Below are positions 39,689 to 50,026 of a DNA stretch of 64,000 nucleotides, one piece after another (the stretch's first letter is position 1; every line of letters starts with the position of its first letter). The position numbers were made by a program, and so were the translations under genes. Location: contig SCUL01000002.1 in assembly GCA_004297205.1 (NCBI GenBank), positions 6,429 through 70,428 of the forward strand, read 5' to 3'. Source of the DNA: Patescibacteria group bacterium. Lineage in GTDB: Bacteria > Patescibacteriota > Patescibacteriia > 2-12-FULL-57-11. The notes under the pieces are model-generated. The model had not been told where the DNA came from, searched no databases, and worked only from the letters and a program-made list of their open reading frames with translations.

Positions 39689-40750
39689 ATGATCAAACGG
39701 TTTTTCGGCGCATTTTCCCGCGACATCGGCATTGACCTGGGTACTGCCAATACCCTGGTCTTTGTCAAAGACAAAGGACTGGTCATCAACGAGCCGTCCG
39801 TGGTCGCCGTGAACAGCCGCACCGGGCAGATTCTGGCGGTCGGCCGCGAGGCCAAGGAGATGGCCGGAAAGACCCCGGCGCACATCGCCGTGGTCCGGCC
39901 GCTGCTCAAAGGCGTCATCTCGGATTTCGAGGTGACCGAGAAGATGCTCAAGTACTTCATCCAGAAGGTGCACGCCGACCGCTCCATGCTGGCGCCGGCG
40001 CCGCGCGTCGTCGTCGGCGTGCCGCTGGAGATCACGGAAGTGGAACGCAAGGCCGTGGAAGACGCCGTGCTGTCCGCCGGCGCGCGCGAAGTCTACCTGA
40101 TCGAGGAGCCGATGGCCGCGGCGATCGGCGCCCGCCTGCCGATCGAGGATGCCATCGGCAACATGATCATCGACATCGGCGGCGGCACCACGGAGATCGC
40201 CGTCATTTCGCTGGGCGGCGTCGTGACCTGGAAGTCGATCCACGTGGCCGGGGACGAACTGACCCGCAACATCGTGCAGTACGCGCGCGACGTGTTTTCG
40301 ATCCTGCTCGGCGAGCGCAACGCCGAACAAGTGAAAATCCGCATCGGCTCCGCTTCCGAGCTGGACGAACCGCTGGAGATGGCGCTGCGCGGCCGCGACC
40401 TCATTTCCGGATTGCCGAAGGAAATCATCGTCACCGACAGCCAGATCCGCGAAGCGCTGGCGCGCTCCGTCAAAACGATCATCGAAAACGTCAAAGCGAC
40501 CCTCGAAAACACGCCGCCGGAACTCGTCGCCGACATTTACGAGCGCGGCATCGTTCTGACCGGCGGCGGCGCGCTTCTGAAGGGGCTCGACAAGGCCATT
40601 TCCCGCGCCGCGCAGATCCCGGTCCGTATCGCCGATGATCCGCTGACCTGCGTGGTCCGAGGCACCGGCGTCATGCTGGAGAATCCGGCGCTGCTCAAGA
40701 TCATCGCCGTGCCGTCGGCCCGCGACGACCGCGGACCGGCCACCGCCTGA
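39689..40750 (+). CDS. mreB: rod shape-determining protein MreB
   Basis: Actin-like ATPase with DIGIDLGTANTLV phosphate-1 motif and high conservation along its length. Internal start at 39689. Confidence 0.95.
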   Translation: MIKRFFGAFSRDIGIDLGTANTLVFVKDKGLVINEPSVVAVNSRTGQILAVGREAKEMAGKTPAHIAVVRPLLKGVISDFEVTEKMLKYFIQKVHADRSMLAPAPRVVVGVPLEITEVERKAVEDAVLSAGAREVYLIEEPMAAAIGARLPIEDAIGNMIIDIGGGTTEIAVISLGGVVTWKSIHVAGDELTRNIVQYARDVFSILLGERNAEQVKIRIGSASELDEPLEMALRGRDLISGLPKEIIVTDSQIREALARSVKTIIENVKATLENTPPELVADIYERGIVLTGGGALLKGLDKAISRAAQIPVRIADDPLTCVVRGTGVMLENPALLKIIAVPSARDDRGPATA

Positions 40751-40752
40751 CC

Positions 40753-41556
40753 ATGACCTCCCGCCGACGCACCTTCCTGATTCTCACCGCCGCCGGCCTC
40801 CTTGCCGGCGGCGCCTTGTTCGTTGCGCTGCCCGTCTTCGGACCGGCGCGCGGCGCCTTGTCGCGCCTGGCGCTCGCCCCGGGCGACGCGCTCTCGGCAA
40901 CGGGCGCGCGGATCGCCGCCATCTGGACGCGGCCGGCGCCGGAAGAACTCACCGCGGTCCGCACCGAGCGCGACGCGCTCGTGGTGGAGAACGCGCGTTT
41001 GCGCATCCAGGCGCAGGAGGCCGAGGAACTGCGCGGCATCCTGTCGTACCGCGAGCGCACCCGGCAGCGCCTGGAACCGGCACGCATCATTGGACGGAGC
41101 GGCGACCTGGCCATCCAGGCGGTCATGATCGACCGCGGCAGCGACGACGGCGTGGCGCCGGGCATGGCCGTGATCGTCGGCGACGGTTTTTACATCGGCA
41201 CGGTCCGCAAGACCGCGCCGCGCACCGCGGTCGTGCTGCTGGCGCTCGACGGACGCAACCGCACGGCCGCGGCCATCCAGAACGGCGCACGGACCGTCGG
41301 CTACGTGGAGGGGGGCAGGGGATTGGGCATGGCGTTGCGTTTGATTCCGCAGGACGAGAAGGTGGAAACGGGACAGCTCGTGGTGACGTCCGGACTCGAT
41401 CCGGCCGTGCCGCGCGGACTGATCATCGGGCGGGTCGAGCGTGTCAGCCGCGAACCGCAGGAACCGTTCCAGACGGCCGTGGTCAGCCAGATCGTCTCCG
41501 CGGAACGCAATGCCACGGTGGCGGTGGTCATTCCTGACGCCGTGCTCGAACTATGA
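40753..41556 (+). CDS. mreC: rod shape-determining protein MreC
   Basis: N-terminal transmembrane segment plus coiled coil (ENARLRIQAQEAEELR), C-terminal beta domains. Position after mreB. Confidence 0.88.
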   Translation: MTSRRRTFLILTAAGLLAGGALFVALPVFGPARGALSRLALAPGDALSATGARIAAIWTRPAPEELTAVRTERDALVVENARLRIQAQEAEELRGILSYRERTRQRLEPARIIGRSGDLAIQAVMIDRGSDDGVAPGMAVIVGDGFYIGTVRKTAPRTAVVLLALDGRNRTAAAIQNGARTVGYVEGGRGLGMALRLIPQDEKVETGQLVVTSGLDPAVPRGLIIGRVERVSREPQEPFQTAVVSQIVSAERNATVAVVIPDAVLEL

Positions 41557-42071
41557 TCTGGCGGGTACTCGGCTGGTGCGCGTTGCTCGTGGTCTGCGCC
41601 TGGACGGACCTGTTCCTGCTGCCGTCGCTCGGCGCCTCGGCCGGCTTTTGGATGTCGGTGGTGGCGCTGTCGTTTGCGGCGCGCGGTTCCTCGCCGGCCG
41701 TGGGCGGGCTGTTCGGCGGGGTGTTGGGCCTCGTCATCGGCGTGGCCAGCGCCGAGCCCGCCTGGCACCAGGTGGCGGCCGGCGCAGCGGCCGGCGCGCT
41801 CACCGCCCGGGTGGCGGGCACCTATGTGAGCCACCGCTCGCTGCTCTCCGCGGCGGCCACGTCGTTCTTGTGCGCGACGGTGTTCTGGATACCGCCCGTT
41901 GCCGTGGCCGCGGCCGATACGGTCCGCGGCGGCGCAGGCGTCGAGCTGGGATCGGCGTTGGCCGCGTCCGTTTTCCAATCCGTGGCCGCGGCGCTCGTTT
42001 CCATCCCGTTCCTGCTGATGCGCCGCTCGCGGGAGGCGCGCCTGCACCGCCCCGCCGCCTCCTGGCTGTAA
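41553..42071 (+). CDS. mreD: rod shape-determining protein MreD
   Basis: Polytopic small membrane protein, ATGA-coupled to mreC, in the conserved position. Confidence 0.7.
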   Translation: MIWRVLGWCALLVVCAWTDLFLLPSLGASAGFWMSVVALSFAARGSSPAVGGLFGGVLGLVIGVASAEPAWHQVAAGAAAGALTARVAGTYVSHRSLLSAAATSFLCATVFWIPPVAVAAADTVRGGAGVELGSALAASVFQSVAAALVSIPFLLMRRSREARLHRPAASWL

Positions 42072-42077
42072 CCGTCC

Positions 42078-44033
42078 ATGTCCGACGAACGCACCCTTCC
42101 CACGAAGTTCACGGTCCGCCGCGCCGGCGACCGTTTTGACGTGACCGATGCCGCCGCCCAGGACCCGGAGGCGGAAGCGGAGCGCCCGCAGTACTTGGGT
42201 GTGGCCATCAGCCGCCGCCGTTTGTCGGTCCTGCTCCTGGTATTGCTGTGCGCCTTCGGCATCCTTTCGGCCCGCGCCGCGCAGCTCCAGGTGTTTTCCG
42301 GCGAGGAGCACCGCACCCGCGCCGACCGCAACCGCATCCGCGTCCTGCCGACGCCGGCGGTGCGCGGCGTCTTTTTCGACCGCACGGGAACGCCGCTCGT
42401 TTCCAACGTCCCGTCGTTCATCCTGACCGTGACCGTCGCCGATCTTCCGGAAGATCCTGCGGAGCGGGCGCGGGTGCTTGCCGCCGCCGCGCACTTGGCA
42501 CGGATGGACGGGGCGGAACTCGACGCGGCCGTGGCGGAAGCGCGCCGGACGCCTTACGTCCCGGTCACGGTAAAAAGCGACGTGTTTTACGACGACGCGG
42601 TGCGTCTGGCCGTCGGCGCCGAACAGCTTCCGGGCGTGGGCGTGTCCGTGGACACCGTCCGTCACTATGCCGGCGCGTCCGGCAGCGTTTCGCTCGGCCA
42701 TGTCTTCGGCTACGTCGGCAAAATCACGGAAGAGGCCTATGCGGCCGCCGTCTCCGGCACGTATCTGCTCAACGACCGCATCGGCCGCAGCGGCATCGAG
42801 GCGGCTTTTGAGCCGCTGCTGCGCGGACACTTCGGCACGCGTCAGGTGGAAGTCGACGCGCTGGGACGGGAACAGCGCATCATTTCAGAGCAGGCTCCGG
42901 TCGACGGTGCCAGCATCCGCTTGTCGCTGGATCTTGCGGCACAGGAAAAGCTGGAGCAGGTGCTGAGCGCGGCCATCCGACGCTCCGGACGCAGCCGCGG
43001 CGCCGCGGCGGCGCTCGATCCGCGCGACGGCGGCGTCATCGCGCTCGTCAGCCTGCCCGGGTACGATCAGAATCTGTTCGCCGGCGGCGTCAGTTCCAGC
43101 ACCTACCGCGCGCTGAACGAGGACGACGACCGGCCCCTCTTCGCCCGCGCCATCTCCGGACTCTACCCATCCGGGTCGACCATCAAGCCGCTGGTCGCCG
43201 CGGCGGCGCTGGAAGCGGGCGTCGTCACCGCGCAGACGACGGTGCTGTCCACGGGAGGCATCCGCTACGGCGCCTGGTTCTTTCCGGACTGGAAAGCCGG
43301 CGGCCACGGCCGGACCGACGTCCGCAAAGCCATCGCCGAGTCGGTCAACACGTTCTTCTACGTGGTCGGCGGCGGCACGGAGACGTTCGCCGGACTCGGC
43401 ATCGACCGGCTGTCGGTCTGGTTCAAACGCTTCGGCCTGGGCACGGCGACCGGCATCGAACTGCCCGGCGAGGCGTCCGGGCTGGTGCCGACGCCCGAAT
43501 GGAAAGAGCGCGTCAAAGGCGAAGCCTGGGTGATCGGCGACACCTACCACGCCGCGATCGGCCAGGGCGACGTGCTGGTGACGCCGCTGCAGATGGCGGT
43601 GGTGACCCAGGCCTTTGCCAACGGCGGAACGGTCTACGCGCCGCATCTGCTGGCGGCCCGCGTCGACAAGCACGGCGAAGCGCTGGCACAACCGAACAAC
43701 ATCGCCGACGACTTCCTGTCCGCCCAGACCCTCGACGTCATCCGGCAGGGGATGCGGCAGACCGTGACCGCCGGCAGCGCCCCGTCGCTCCAGACGGTGC
43801 CGGTGCCCGTCGCCGGCAAGACCGGCACCGCGCAAGGCCGCCCGGACCGCCCCACGCACGCCTGGTTCACCGGCTTCGCCCCGTACGACCGCCCGGAAAT
43901 CGTCATCGCCGTGCTGATCGAGGAAGGCGGCGAGGGTTCGTCGGTCGCCGTGCCGGTGGCGCGCGAGTTCCTGAGCTGGTACTTCAGCCCGGAGCGCCGC
44001 GGCCCATCCACAGATGCGCTTGACGCCCCCTGA
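42078..44033 (+). CDS. mrdA: penicillin-binding protein 2 (peptidoglycan D,D-transpeptidase)
   Basis: N-terminal transmembrane segment plus pedestal domain. Transpeptidase motifs S-x-x-K (SGSTIKP), SxN, and KTGTAQ. Confidence 0.92.
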   Translation: MSDERTLPTKFTVRRAGDRFDVTDAAAQDPEAEAERPQYLGVAISRRRLSVLLLVLLCAFGILSARAAQLQVFSGEEHRTRADRNRIRVLPTPAVRGVFFDRTGTPLVSNVPSFILTVTVADLPEDPAERARVLAAAAHLARMDGAELDAAVAEARRTPYVPVTVKSDVFYDDAVRLAVGAEQLPGVGVSVDTVRHYAGASGSVSLGHVFGYVGKITEEAYAAAVSGTYLLNDRIGRSGIEAAFEPLLRGHFGTRQVEVDALGREQRIISEQAPVDGASIRLSLDLAAQEKLEQVLSAAIRRSGRSRGAAAALDPRDGGVIALVSLPGYDQNLFAGGVSSSTYRALNEDDDRPLFARAISGLYPSGSTIKPLVAAAALEAGVVTAQTTVLSTGGIRYGAWFFPDWKAGGHGRTDVRKAIAESVNTFFYVVGGGTETFAGLGIDRLSVWFKRFGLGTATGIELPGEASGLVPTPEWKERVKGEAWVIGDTYHAAIGQGDVLVTPLQMAVVTQAFANGGTVYAPHLLAARVDKHGEALAQPNNIADDFLSAQTLDVIRQGMRQTVTAGSAPSLQTVPVPVAGKTGTAQGRPDRPTHAWFTGFAPYDRPEIVIAVLIEEGGEGSSVAVPVAREFLSWYFSPERRGPSTDALDAP

Positions 44034-44072
44034 GACCGCAGATATCGTTCTTGTAACAACGCGAACACCGCA

Positions 44073-44099
44073 CTGACCCCGTCCGGGGGTCAGTTTTCT
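44073..44099 (+). terminator. rho-independent terminator after the PBP2 gene
   Basis: ctgacccc gtccg ggggtcag ttttctt. Confidence 0.7.
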
Positions 44100-44108
44100 T
44101 CAATCCCT

Positions 44109-44567
44109 ATGTCCGAATACGTCTACGTGACCCATGCCGGCCTCGAGAAGCTCAAGACCGAGCTGCACGAGCTGAAAACCGTGCGCAAACGCGAAGTGGC
44201 CAACCGCATCGAGAAGGCCAAGGAGCTTGGCGACCTCTCCGAGAACGCCGAGTACGCCGATGCCAAGGACGAGATGTCCTTCATTGAAGGCCGCATCATC
44301 GAGCTGGAGGACACCATCAACCGCTCCAAGATCATCGAAGCCGGCGGTACCGACGTCGTCAACATCGGCTGTACGGTGGAGATCGAGGGCGGCGGCCAGA
44401 AAAAGACCTACACCATCGTCGGTTCGAGCGAAGCCGATCCGGCCGCCGGGCGCATCTCCAACGAGACGCCGCTGGCCCGGGCCCTGCTCGGGAAAAAGGT
44501 GGGGGACACGATCGAGGTCACGCTGCCGTCGGGCGCTGTCACCTACACCGTCAAGCTCATTTCCTAG
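44109..44567 (+). CDS. greA: transcription elongation factor GreA
   Basis: N-terminal coiled coil with the acidic tip (GDLSENAEYADAKDE), and an FKBP-like C-terminal domain. Confidence 0.93.
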   Translation: MSEYVYVTHAGLEKLKTELHELKTVRKREVANRIEKAKELGDLSENAEYADAKDEMSFIEGRIIELEDTINRSKIIEAGGTDVVNIGCTVEIEGGGQKKTYTIVGSSEADPAAGRISNETPLARALLGKKVGDTIEVTLPSGAVTYTVKLIS

Positions 44568-44604
44568 CCGCCCCGCCGACGGTATACTGGATCCGCTTTC
44601 ACGT

Positions 44605-46077
44605 ATGGCCGATGAAATCGTCGCACGCCTCGAGAAGCTGAACGCCCTGCGCGCCGAGGGCGTGGATCCGTATCCGCCCGGTGCGGCCCGGAGTGCCACG
44701 GTCGAAGAAACCCTGGCGCATTTCGCGGCCTGGCTGGACGAAGCGCGCGGGATCACCCTGGCCGGCCGGATCATGACGATCCGCGTTCATGGCGGCCTGC
44801 TTTTCGCCGATCTGCGCGATGGCACCGGGCGCATGCAGATCGCGCTCAAAGAGGATGCGGACGGCGCCGGCTTTGCCCGGATGCGCGACCGGATCGACCC
44901 GGCCGACATCGTCGAGGCCACGGGCACGCTTTTCACCACGAAGCGCGGCGAGCAGACGCTCCTGGTCCGTTCTTGGCGGCCGCTGGCCAAGGCGCTCCTG
45001 CCGTTGCCGGAAAAATGGCACGGACTGACCGACGTGGAGACGCGCTTCCGCGAACGTGAGCTCGACCTGATCGCCAACACCGAGGTGCGGGAACGTTTCG
45101 TGCTGCGTTCGCGCGCCCTGCACGCCATGCGCGCGTTCCTCCAGGGGCGCGGTTTCATGGAGGTCGAAACGCCTATGCTGCATCCGATCGCCGGCGGCGC
45201 CAGCGCCCGGCCGTTCGTGACGCGCCATAACGCTCTCGGCGTCGAATTGTACCTGCGCGTCGCGCCGGAACTGTATCTGAAGCGGCTGCTCGTCGGCGGC
45301 TTCGAGAAGATTTTTGAAATCGGCCGTTGTTTCCGCAATGAGGGCATCGATTACTCGCACAATCCGGAGTTCACGATGCTCGAACTCTATTGGGCCTATG
45401 CGCGCAAGGAGGAATTCCTGTCGTTCCTCGAGGAATTGCTCGGCCGCGTGCTTCAAGAGACGACCGGCGGCACGTCGGTGACCTACGAAGGCGAGACCCT
45501 GGATTTTGCCGCTCCCTGGCCGCGTACCACCTTCCGCGAGATCGTGCTCGAGGCGTGCGGCCTGGATATCGACGCCCTGCGCACGCCGCAGGCGCTGGCC
45601 AAGGCCGCCAAAGGCAAGAAGCTCGACATCGACTTTTCCGATTGCGTGGGACTCGGTGCCTGCTACGACGAACTCTACAAGCGCGTGGCGCGCCCGCAGC
45701 TCATCCGTCCGACCTGGGTGCTCGACTACCCGATCGAAATGAAGCCGCTGACCCGCGTGCATCCCGAGGATCCCACCAAGAGCGCCTCGGCCCAGCTCGT
45801 GGTGCGCGGCGCCGAAGTCATCAACGCCTTCTACCACGAACTGAACGATCCGGAAGACCAGCGGCGCCGGTTCGAGGAACAACAAGCGTTGCGGGAGCAG
45901 GGGAGCGCCGAGGCCCAGCCCATGGATGAAGCGTTCCTGCGCGCGCTCGGCCACGGCATGCCGCCCGCCGCGGGCGTCGGCGTCGGCGTCGACCGGCTGA
46001 TCATGCTGTTGACCGGCGCGCACAACATCAAAGAGACCATCCTCTTCCCGACGCTGCGGCCGGAGCATCCGGTATGA
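44605..46077 (+). CDS. lysS: lysyl-tRNA synthetase (class II)
   Basis: Internal start MADEIVARLEKL at 44605. OB anticodon-binding domain, class-II motifs (FRNEG, GxGxGxDR in GVGVGVDRLIM). Confidence 0.93.
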   Translation: MADEIVARLEKLNALRAEGVDPYPPGAARSATVEETLAHFAAWLDEARGITLAGRIMTIRVHGGLLFADLRDGTGRMQIALKEDADGAGFARMRDRIDPADIVEATGTLFTTKRGEQTLLVRSWRPLAKALLPLPEKWHGLTDVETRFRERELDLIANTEVRERFVLRSRALHAMRAFLQGRGFMEVETPMLHPIAGGASARPFVTRHNALGVELYLRVAPELYLKRLLVGGFEKIFEIGRCFRNEGIDYSHNPEFTMLELYWAYARKEEFLSFLEELLGRVLQETTGGTSVTYEGETLDFAAPWPRTTFREIVLEACGLDIDALRTPQALAKAAKGKKLDIDFSDCVGLGACYDELYKRVARPQLIRPTWVLDYPIEMKPLTRVHPEDPTKSASAQLVVRGAEVINAFYHELNDPEDQRRRFEEQQALREQGSAEAQPMDEAFLRALGHGMPPAAGVGVGVDRLIMLLTGAHNIKETILFPTLRPEHPV

Positions 46078-46508
46078 AAAAGCGCGTCGTGGCCTTCGGC
46101 GTATTCGACCTGATCCATCCGGGCCATGCCGCGTTCCTGAAACGCGCGCGGGCGCTGGGCGACGAGCTGGTCGTCGTCGTGGCCCGCGACGCGCGGGTCA
46201 CGCGGGAAAAGGGGAATGCGCCCCTGTTCCGGGAGCGCGAACGGCTGGCGCTCGTCGCGGCCATGCGCTGGGTGGACAAGGCCGTACTCGGCGAAGCGGC
46301 CGGCCGCTGGACGCTCCTGGCGCGCCTCAAGCCCGCGGTCGTCGCCCTAGGCTACGACCAAACCGTCGCCACGCCGGCCATCGTCCGCCAGATCGCCAAG
46401 CTCAAGAACCGTCCCCGCATCGTCCCGCTGCCGCGCGTCGGCCCCCGTCATCACGCCTCCTCACAGTTCAAGGCACGCCTGTATGATCGACCGCAAACTC
46501 ATCCGTGA
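46074..46508 (+). CDS. HxGH-motif nucleotidyltransferase (cytidylyl/adenylyltransferase-like, RibL/TagD-like), 144 aa
   Basis: VAFGVFDLIHPGHAAFL is the (T/H)xGH nucleotidyltransferase signature. ATGA-coupled to lysS. Overlaps the serS start by 26 nt. Confidence 0.7.
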   Translation: MKKRVVAFGVFDLIHPGHAAFLKRARALGDELVVVVARDARVTREKGNAPLFRERERLALVAAMRWVDKAVLGEAAGRWTLLARLKPAVVALGYDQTVATPAIVRQIAKLKNRPRIVPLPRVGPRHHASSQFKARLYDRPQTHP

Positions 46509-47799
46509 ACAGACCGCCCTGGTCCGCAAGGCCGTGGCCGACCGCCGCCTGAAGGTCGACGTCGACGCGCTGGTGCGTTTGGAAGAAGAACGTCTCGACG
46601 TCCTGCGCAAGGTGGAAGATTTCCGCGCCATGAAGCGCCGCGCCTCGGACAAGATCGCCCAGGCGCCGGCGGAGGAAAAGCAGCGGTTGATCGCGGAGAT
46701 GAAGGATTTCGACCGCGACGCCGACAAGCTGGAAAAGCGCCTGACCGAACTCGATGCCGAACTCGATGTGTTACTCGCGCAGCTGCCGAACATTCCGCTT
46801 CCGGACGTCCCGGTCGGTCCGGACGAGAGCGGCAACGTCGAAACGCGCCGCGTCGGCGAGCCGACGGCGTTCGATTTTCCCGTCAAAGATCATGTCGCCC
46901 TCGGTGCCGCGCTCGGCGTCATTGATCAGGAGCGCGCCGTGCGCGTCTCCGGCGCCCGTTTTGTCTATCTCATGGGCGACCTGGTCCGCATCCAGAACGC
47001 GCTCGGCCAGCTCGTCATGGATCTGCTGACGGACCGTGCCGCACTGGGCGCGCTGATCACGAAAGCGGGACTCGACGTGCCGGACACGCCGTTCGTCCCT
47101 GTGGTGCCGCCGCTCATGATCACGCCGGAGGTGTTCGCCCGCATGGGCCGCCTCGAGCCGCGTGAAGAGCGCTACCACGTCACCGGCGACGATCTCTACC
47201 TGATCGGCAGCGCCGAGCATACGCTCGGACCGTTGCACATGGACGAGATCCTGGCCGAAGCCGATCTGCCGCTGCGCTACGTGGCGCTGACCCCGGCTTT
47301 CCGCCGCGAGGCCGGCAGCTACGGCAAGGACACGCGCGGCATTCTGCGCCTCCACCAGTTCGACAAAATGGAGATGGAATCGTTCGCGTTGCCGGAACGC
47401 GGCTTGGGCGAACAGGAACTGTTCGTGGCCGTTCAGCAACACGTCGTGGCCTCGCTCGGCATCCCGTACCGCGTCATGCAGATATGCACCGGCGACATGG
47501 GCACGCCCGACGCCCGGCAGATCGACATCGAATGCTGGATGCCCGGACAACAGACCTATCGCGAAACGCACACCTCGGATTACATGACCGATTTCCAGGC
47601 GCGTCGGCTCAACACGCGCGTCAAACGCGCCGACGGCACCACGCAGCTCGTGCACATGAACGACGCCACCGCCGTGGCCATGGGCCGCATGCTGATCGCC
47701 ATCATGGAAAACTATCAGGAGAGGAACGGCGGCATCCGCATCCCGGACGTCTTGAAACCGTATCTGCGCGGCTTGGAACGCATCGCCCCGCGCGACTGA
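46483..47799 (+). CDS. serS: seryl-tRNA synthetase
   Basis: N-terminal coiled-coil arm (MIDRKLIREQ...). Class-II motifs include FRREAGSYGKDTRGILRLHQF. Confidence 0.93.
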   Translation: MIDRKLIREQTALVRKAVADRRLKVDVDALVRLEEERLDVLRKVEDFRAMKRRASDKIAQAPAEEKQRLIAEMKDFDRDADKLEKRLTELDAELDVLLAQLPNIPLPDVPVGPDESGNVETRRVGEPTAFDFPVKDHVALGAALGVIDQERAVRVSGARFVYLMGDLVRIQNALGQLVMDLLTDRAALGALITKAGLDVPDTPFVPVVPPLMITPEVFARMGRLEPREERYHVTGDDLYLIGSAEHTLGPLHMDEILAEADLPLRYVALTPAFRREAGSYGKDTRGILRLHQFDKMEMESFALPERGLGEQELFVAVQQHVVASLGIPYRVMQICTGDMGTPDARQIDIECWMPGQQTYRETHTSDYMTDFQARRLNTRVKRADGTTQLVHMNDATAVAMGRMLIAIMENYQERNGGIRIPDVLKPYLRGLERIAPRD

Positions 47800-47804
47800 T
47801 TCCC

Positions 47805-48932
47805 ATGGCCCTGCCGCCGAAAACCTGGGTGGAGGTGTCCCGGGCGGCGCTCCGCCACAATGCGCGTCAGTTCAAACGCGCCCTGGGGCCGAAAACGGCC
47901 TTGATGGTCGTCGTCAAAAGCAACGCCTACGGGCATGGATTGAGTGAAACGGTCCGGGCGCTCAGAGATCACACGCCGTGGTTCGGCGTCGACAGCGTGC
48001 CCGAGGCCATCTTGGGGCTGAAGGCCGCCCCCCGAGCGCGTTTTTTGGTCTTGGGTGCGTCGTTGCCGACCTGGATCGGTTCGGCGGCTCGGAAGGGGAT
48101 CCGTCTGAGTGTTTCGAGCCCGGAGGAGGCGGCGCTTGTCGCGCGCAAGGCGCCGCGAGCGACGGTCCATCTGCAGATTGAAACCGGATTCACCCGTCTG
48201 GGCATCTTGGAGAAAGATCTGCCCGGCACCCTGCGCCGATTGCGTCGCGCCGGGACGAACGTCGAGGGGTTGTTCACCCATTACGCCAACATCGAGGACA
48301 CGACCGAACACAGCTACGCCCGCGGACAGCTGGCGCGATTCCGCAGAGCGCTCGACGTGGCCGAGACGATCCTCGGTCGCGCGGTGCCGCTCCCACATAC
48401 GGCATGCTCGGCCGCGGCGATCTTGTTTCCGCAGACGCATTTCGCCTTGGCGCGCGTCGGCGTGTCGCTCTATGGCCTGTGGCCGAGCAAGGAAACGCTC
48501 GTCTCCGCACGCGCCGCCGGTCGCCCGCTCGATCTGCGCACCGCACTCACCTGGAAAACAACCGTCGCGCAGGTGAAAACCGTCAAAGCCGGTACGCCCG
48601 TCAGCTACGGCCTGACTGAGCGCATGCCCCGCTCGGGGAAGGTTGCCGTACTGCCAGTAGGCTATTGGGACGGTTATGACCGGGGCCTGTCTTCGGTGGC
48701 GACGACGCTGGTGCGGGGCCGCGCTGCCAAAGTTTTGGGACGCGTCTGCATGAACATGATGATGGTCGATGTCAGCGGCATCCCGGGCGTCCGTATGGGC
48801 GACGAGGCGGTGCTCATCGGGCGACAGGGGAGGGGAGAGGTTCGTGTGGAACACCTGGCCGCCAAGATCGGCACCATCAACTACGAAGTCGTGACGCGCA
48901 TCAACCCGACGTTGCCGCGCCTCCTGGTATGA
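47805..48932 (+). CDS. alr: alanine racemase
   Basis: PLP-lysine motif VVKSNAYGHG. C-terminal beta domain with the YGxTxR-like pattern (VSYGLTERMPR). Confidence 0.92.
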   Translation: MALPPKTWVEVSRAALRHNARQFKRALGPKTALMVVVKSNAYGHGLSETVRALRDHTPWFGVDSVPEAILGLKAAPRARFLVLGASLPTWIGSAARKGIRLSVSSPEEAALVARKAPRATVHLQIETGFTRLGILEKDLPGTLRRLRRAGTNVEGLFTHYANIEDTTEHSYARGQLARFRRALDVAETILGRAVPLPHTACSAAAILFPQTHFALARVGVSLYGLWPSKETLVSARAAGRPLDLRTALTWKTTVAQVKTVKAGTPVSYGLTERMPRSGKVAVLPVGYWDGYDRGLSSVATTLVRGRAAKVLGRVCMNMMMVDVSGIPGVRMGDEAVLIGRQGRGEVRVEHLAAKIGTINYEVVTRINPTLPRLLV

Positions 48933-50026
48933 AAAAGATCCGCATCGGCGTCATCTTCGGCGGTCGCAGCGGCGAGCATGAGGTGAGCTGCGCTTCGGCG
49001 CGGAACGTTCTGGCCGCGCTCGACCCGGCCCGATTTGAGACCGAGCCGGTACTGATCGCCAAGGACGGGCGCTGGCACCAGGGCGCCCCGGCGAGCCATT
49101 ATTTGGCCCATGGGAGCCTCCCTGAGGGCCATCTGGGGCCTGGAGCGGCCCTGGCGCCCGTGCCTGCCCCCGAGAGGCCGTATGACGTGCTTTTTCCGCT
49201 GGTGCATGGCACAAACGGCGAGGACGGCACGCTGCAAGGATTGCTTGAATTGGCCGACGTTCCCTATGTCGGCTGCGGCGTCCTCGGCTCGGCCGTGGGC
49301 ATGGACAAGAGCATCCAGAAGGCGCTGCTGCGCGACGCCGGCATTCCCGTCGCCGACGCCGTCCCGTTCACGGCATTCGACGTTGAAACGAAACGCGAGG
49401 CGACGGAGCGCCGGGTCCTTGAGCTGGGTCTGCCGTTGTTCGTGAAGCCGGCGAACGCCGGATCTTCGGTCGGCGTCAGCAAGGTGAAGCGGCAGGAAGA
49501 CCTGCGCGCGGCCATGGCAACGGCCTTGCGCTTCGACCGTCGCGCATTGGCTGAGGCGGCCGTACCGGAGGCGCGCGAATTGGAAATCGCCGTGCTCGGC
49601 AATGACGATCCGCGCCTTTCCTGCATCGGCGAAATCCTGCCGTCCGGCGAGTTTTACGACTACAAGGCGAAGTACGTGGATGGAGACTCGCGCAGCGTCA
49701 TTCCGGCCGAGCTGCCGGAGGGCACGGCAGCCCGCATCCGTGCCATGGCGCAGAGCGCCTTCCGCGCGCTCGACCTGTCCGGCATGGCGCGCGTCGACTT
49801 TTTGCTGTCGCGCACCACGGGTGCGCTGGTCCTGAACGAGGTCAACACCATTCCGGGATTCACGGACATCAGCATGTATCCGTCGCTCTGGACGGCCAGC
49901 GGGCTGGCGCCGCGCGCGCTGCTGACGGAACTCGTTCGCCTGGCCATCGAGCGCCACGAGGGCCGGACGCGTTTGGAGCGTTCCGGTGAGGCCGGCACCT
50001 GGTGGCTGCCTGCACGGACACCGTGA
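48929..50026 (+). CDS. ddl: D-alanine--D-alanine ligase
   Basis: IGVIFGGRSGEHEVS N-terminus, ATP-grasp motifs, C-terminal NEVNTIPG. Confidence 0.93.
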   Translation: MKKIRIGVIFGGRSGEHEVSCASARNVLAALDPARFETEPVLIAKDGRWHQGAPASHYLAHGSLPEGHLGPGAALAPVPAPERPYDVLFPLVHGTNGEDGTLQGLLELADVPYVGCGVLGSAVGMDKSIQKALLRDAGIPVADAVPFTAFDVETKREATERRVLELGLPLFVKPANAGSSVGVSKVKRQEDLRAAMATALRFDRRALAEAAVPEARELEIAVLGNDDPRLSCIGEILPSGEFYDYKAKYVDGDSRSVIPAELPEGTAARIRAMAQSAFRALDLSGMARVDFLLSRTTGALVLNEVNTIPGFTDISMYPSLWTASGLAPRALLTELVRLAIERHEGRTRLERSGEAGTWWLPARTP

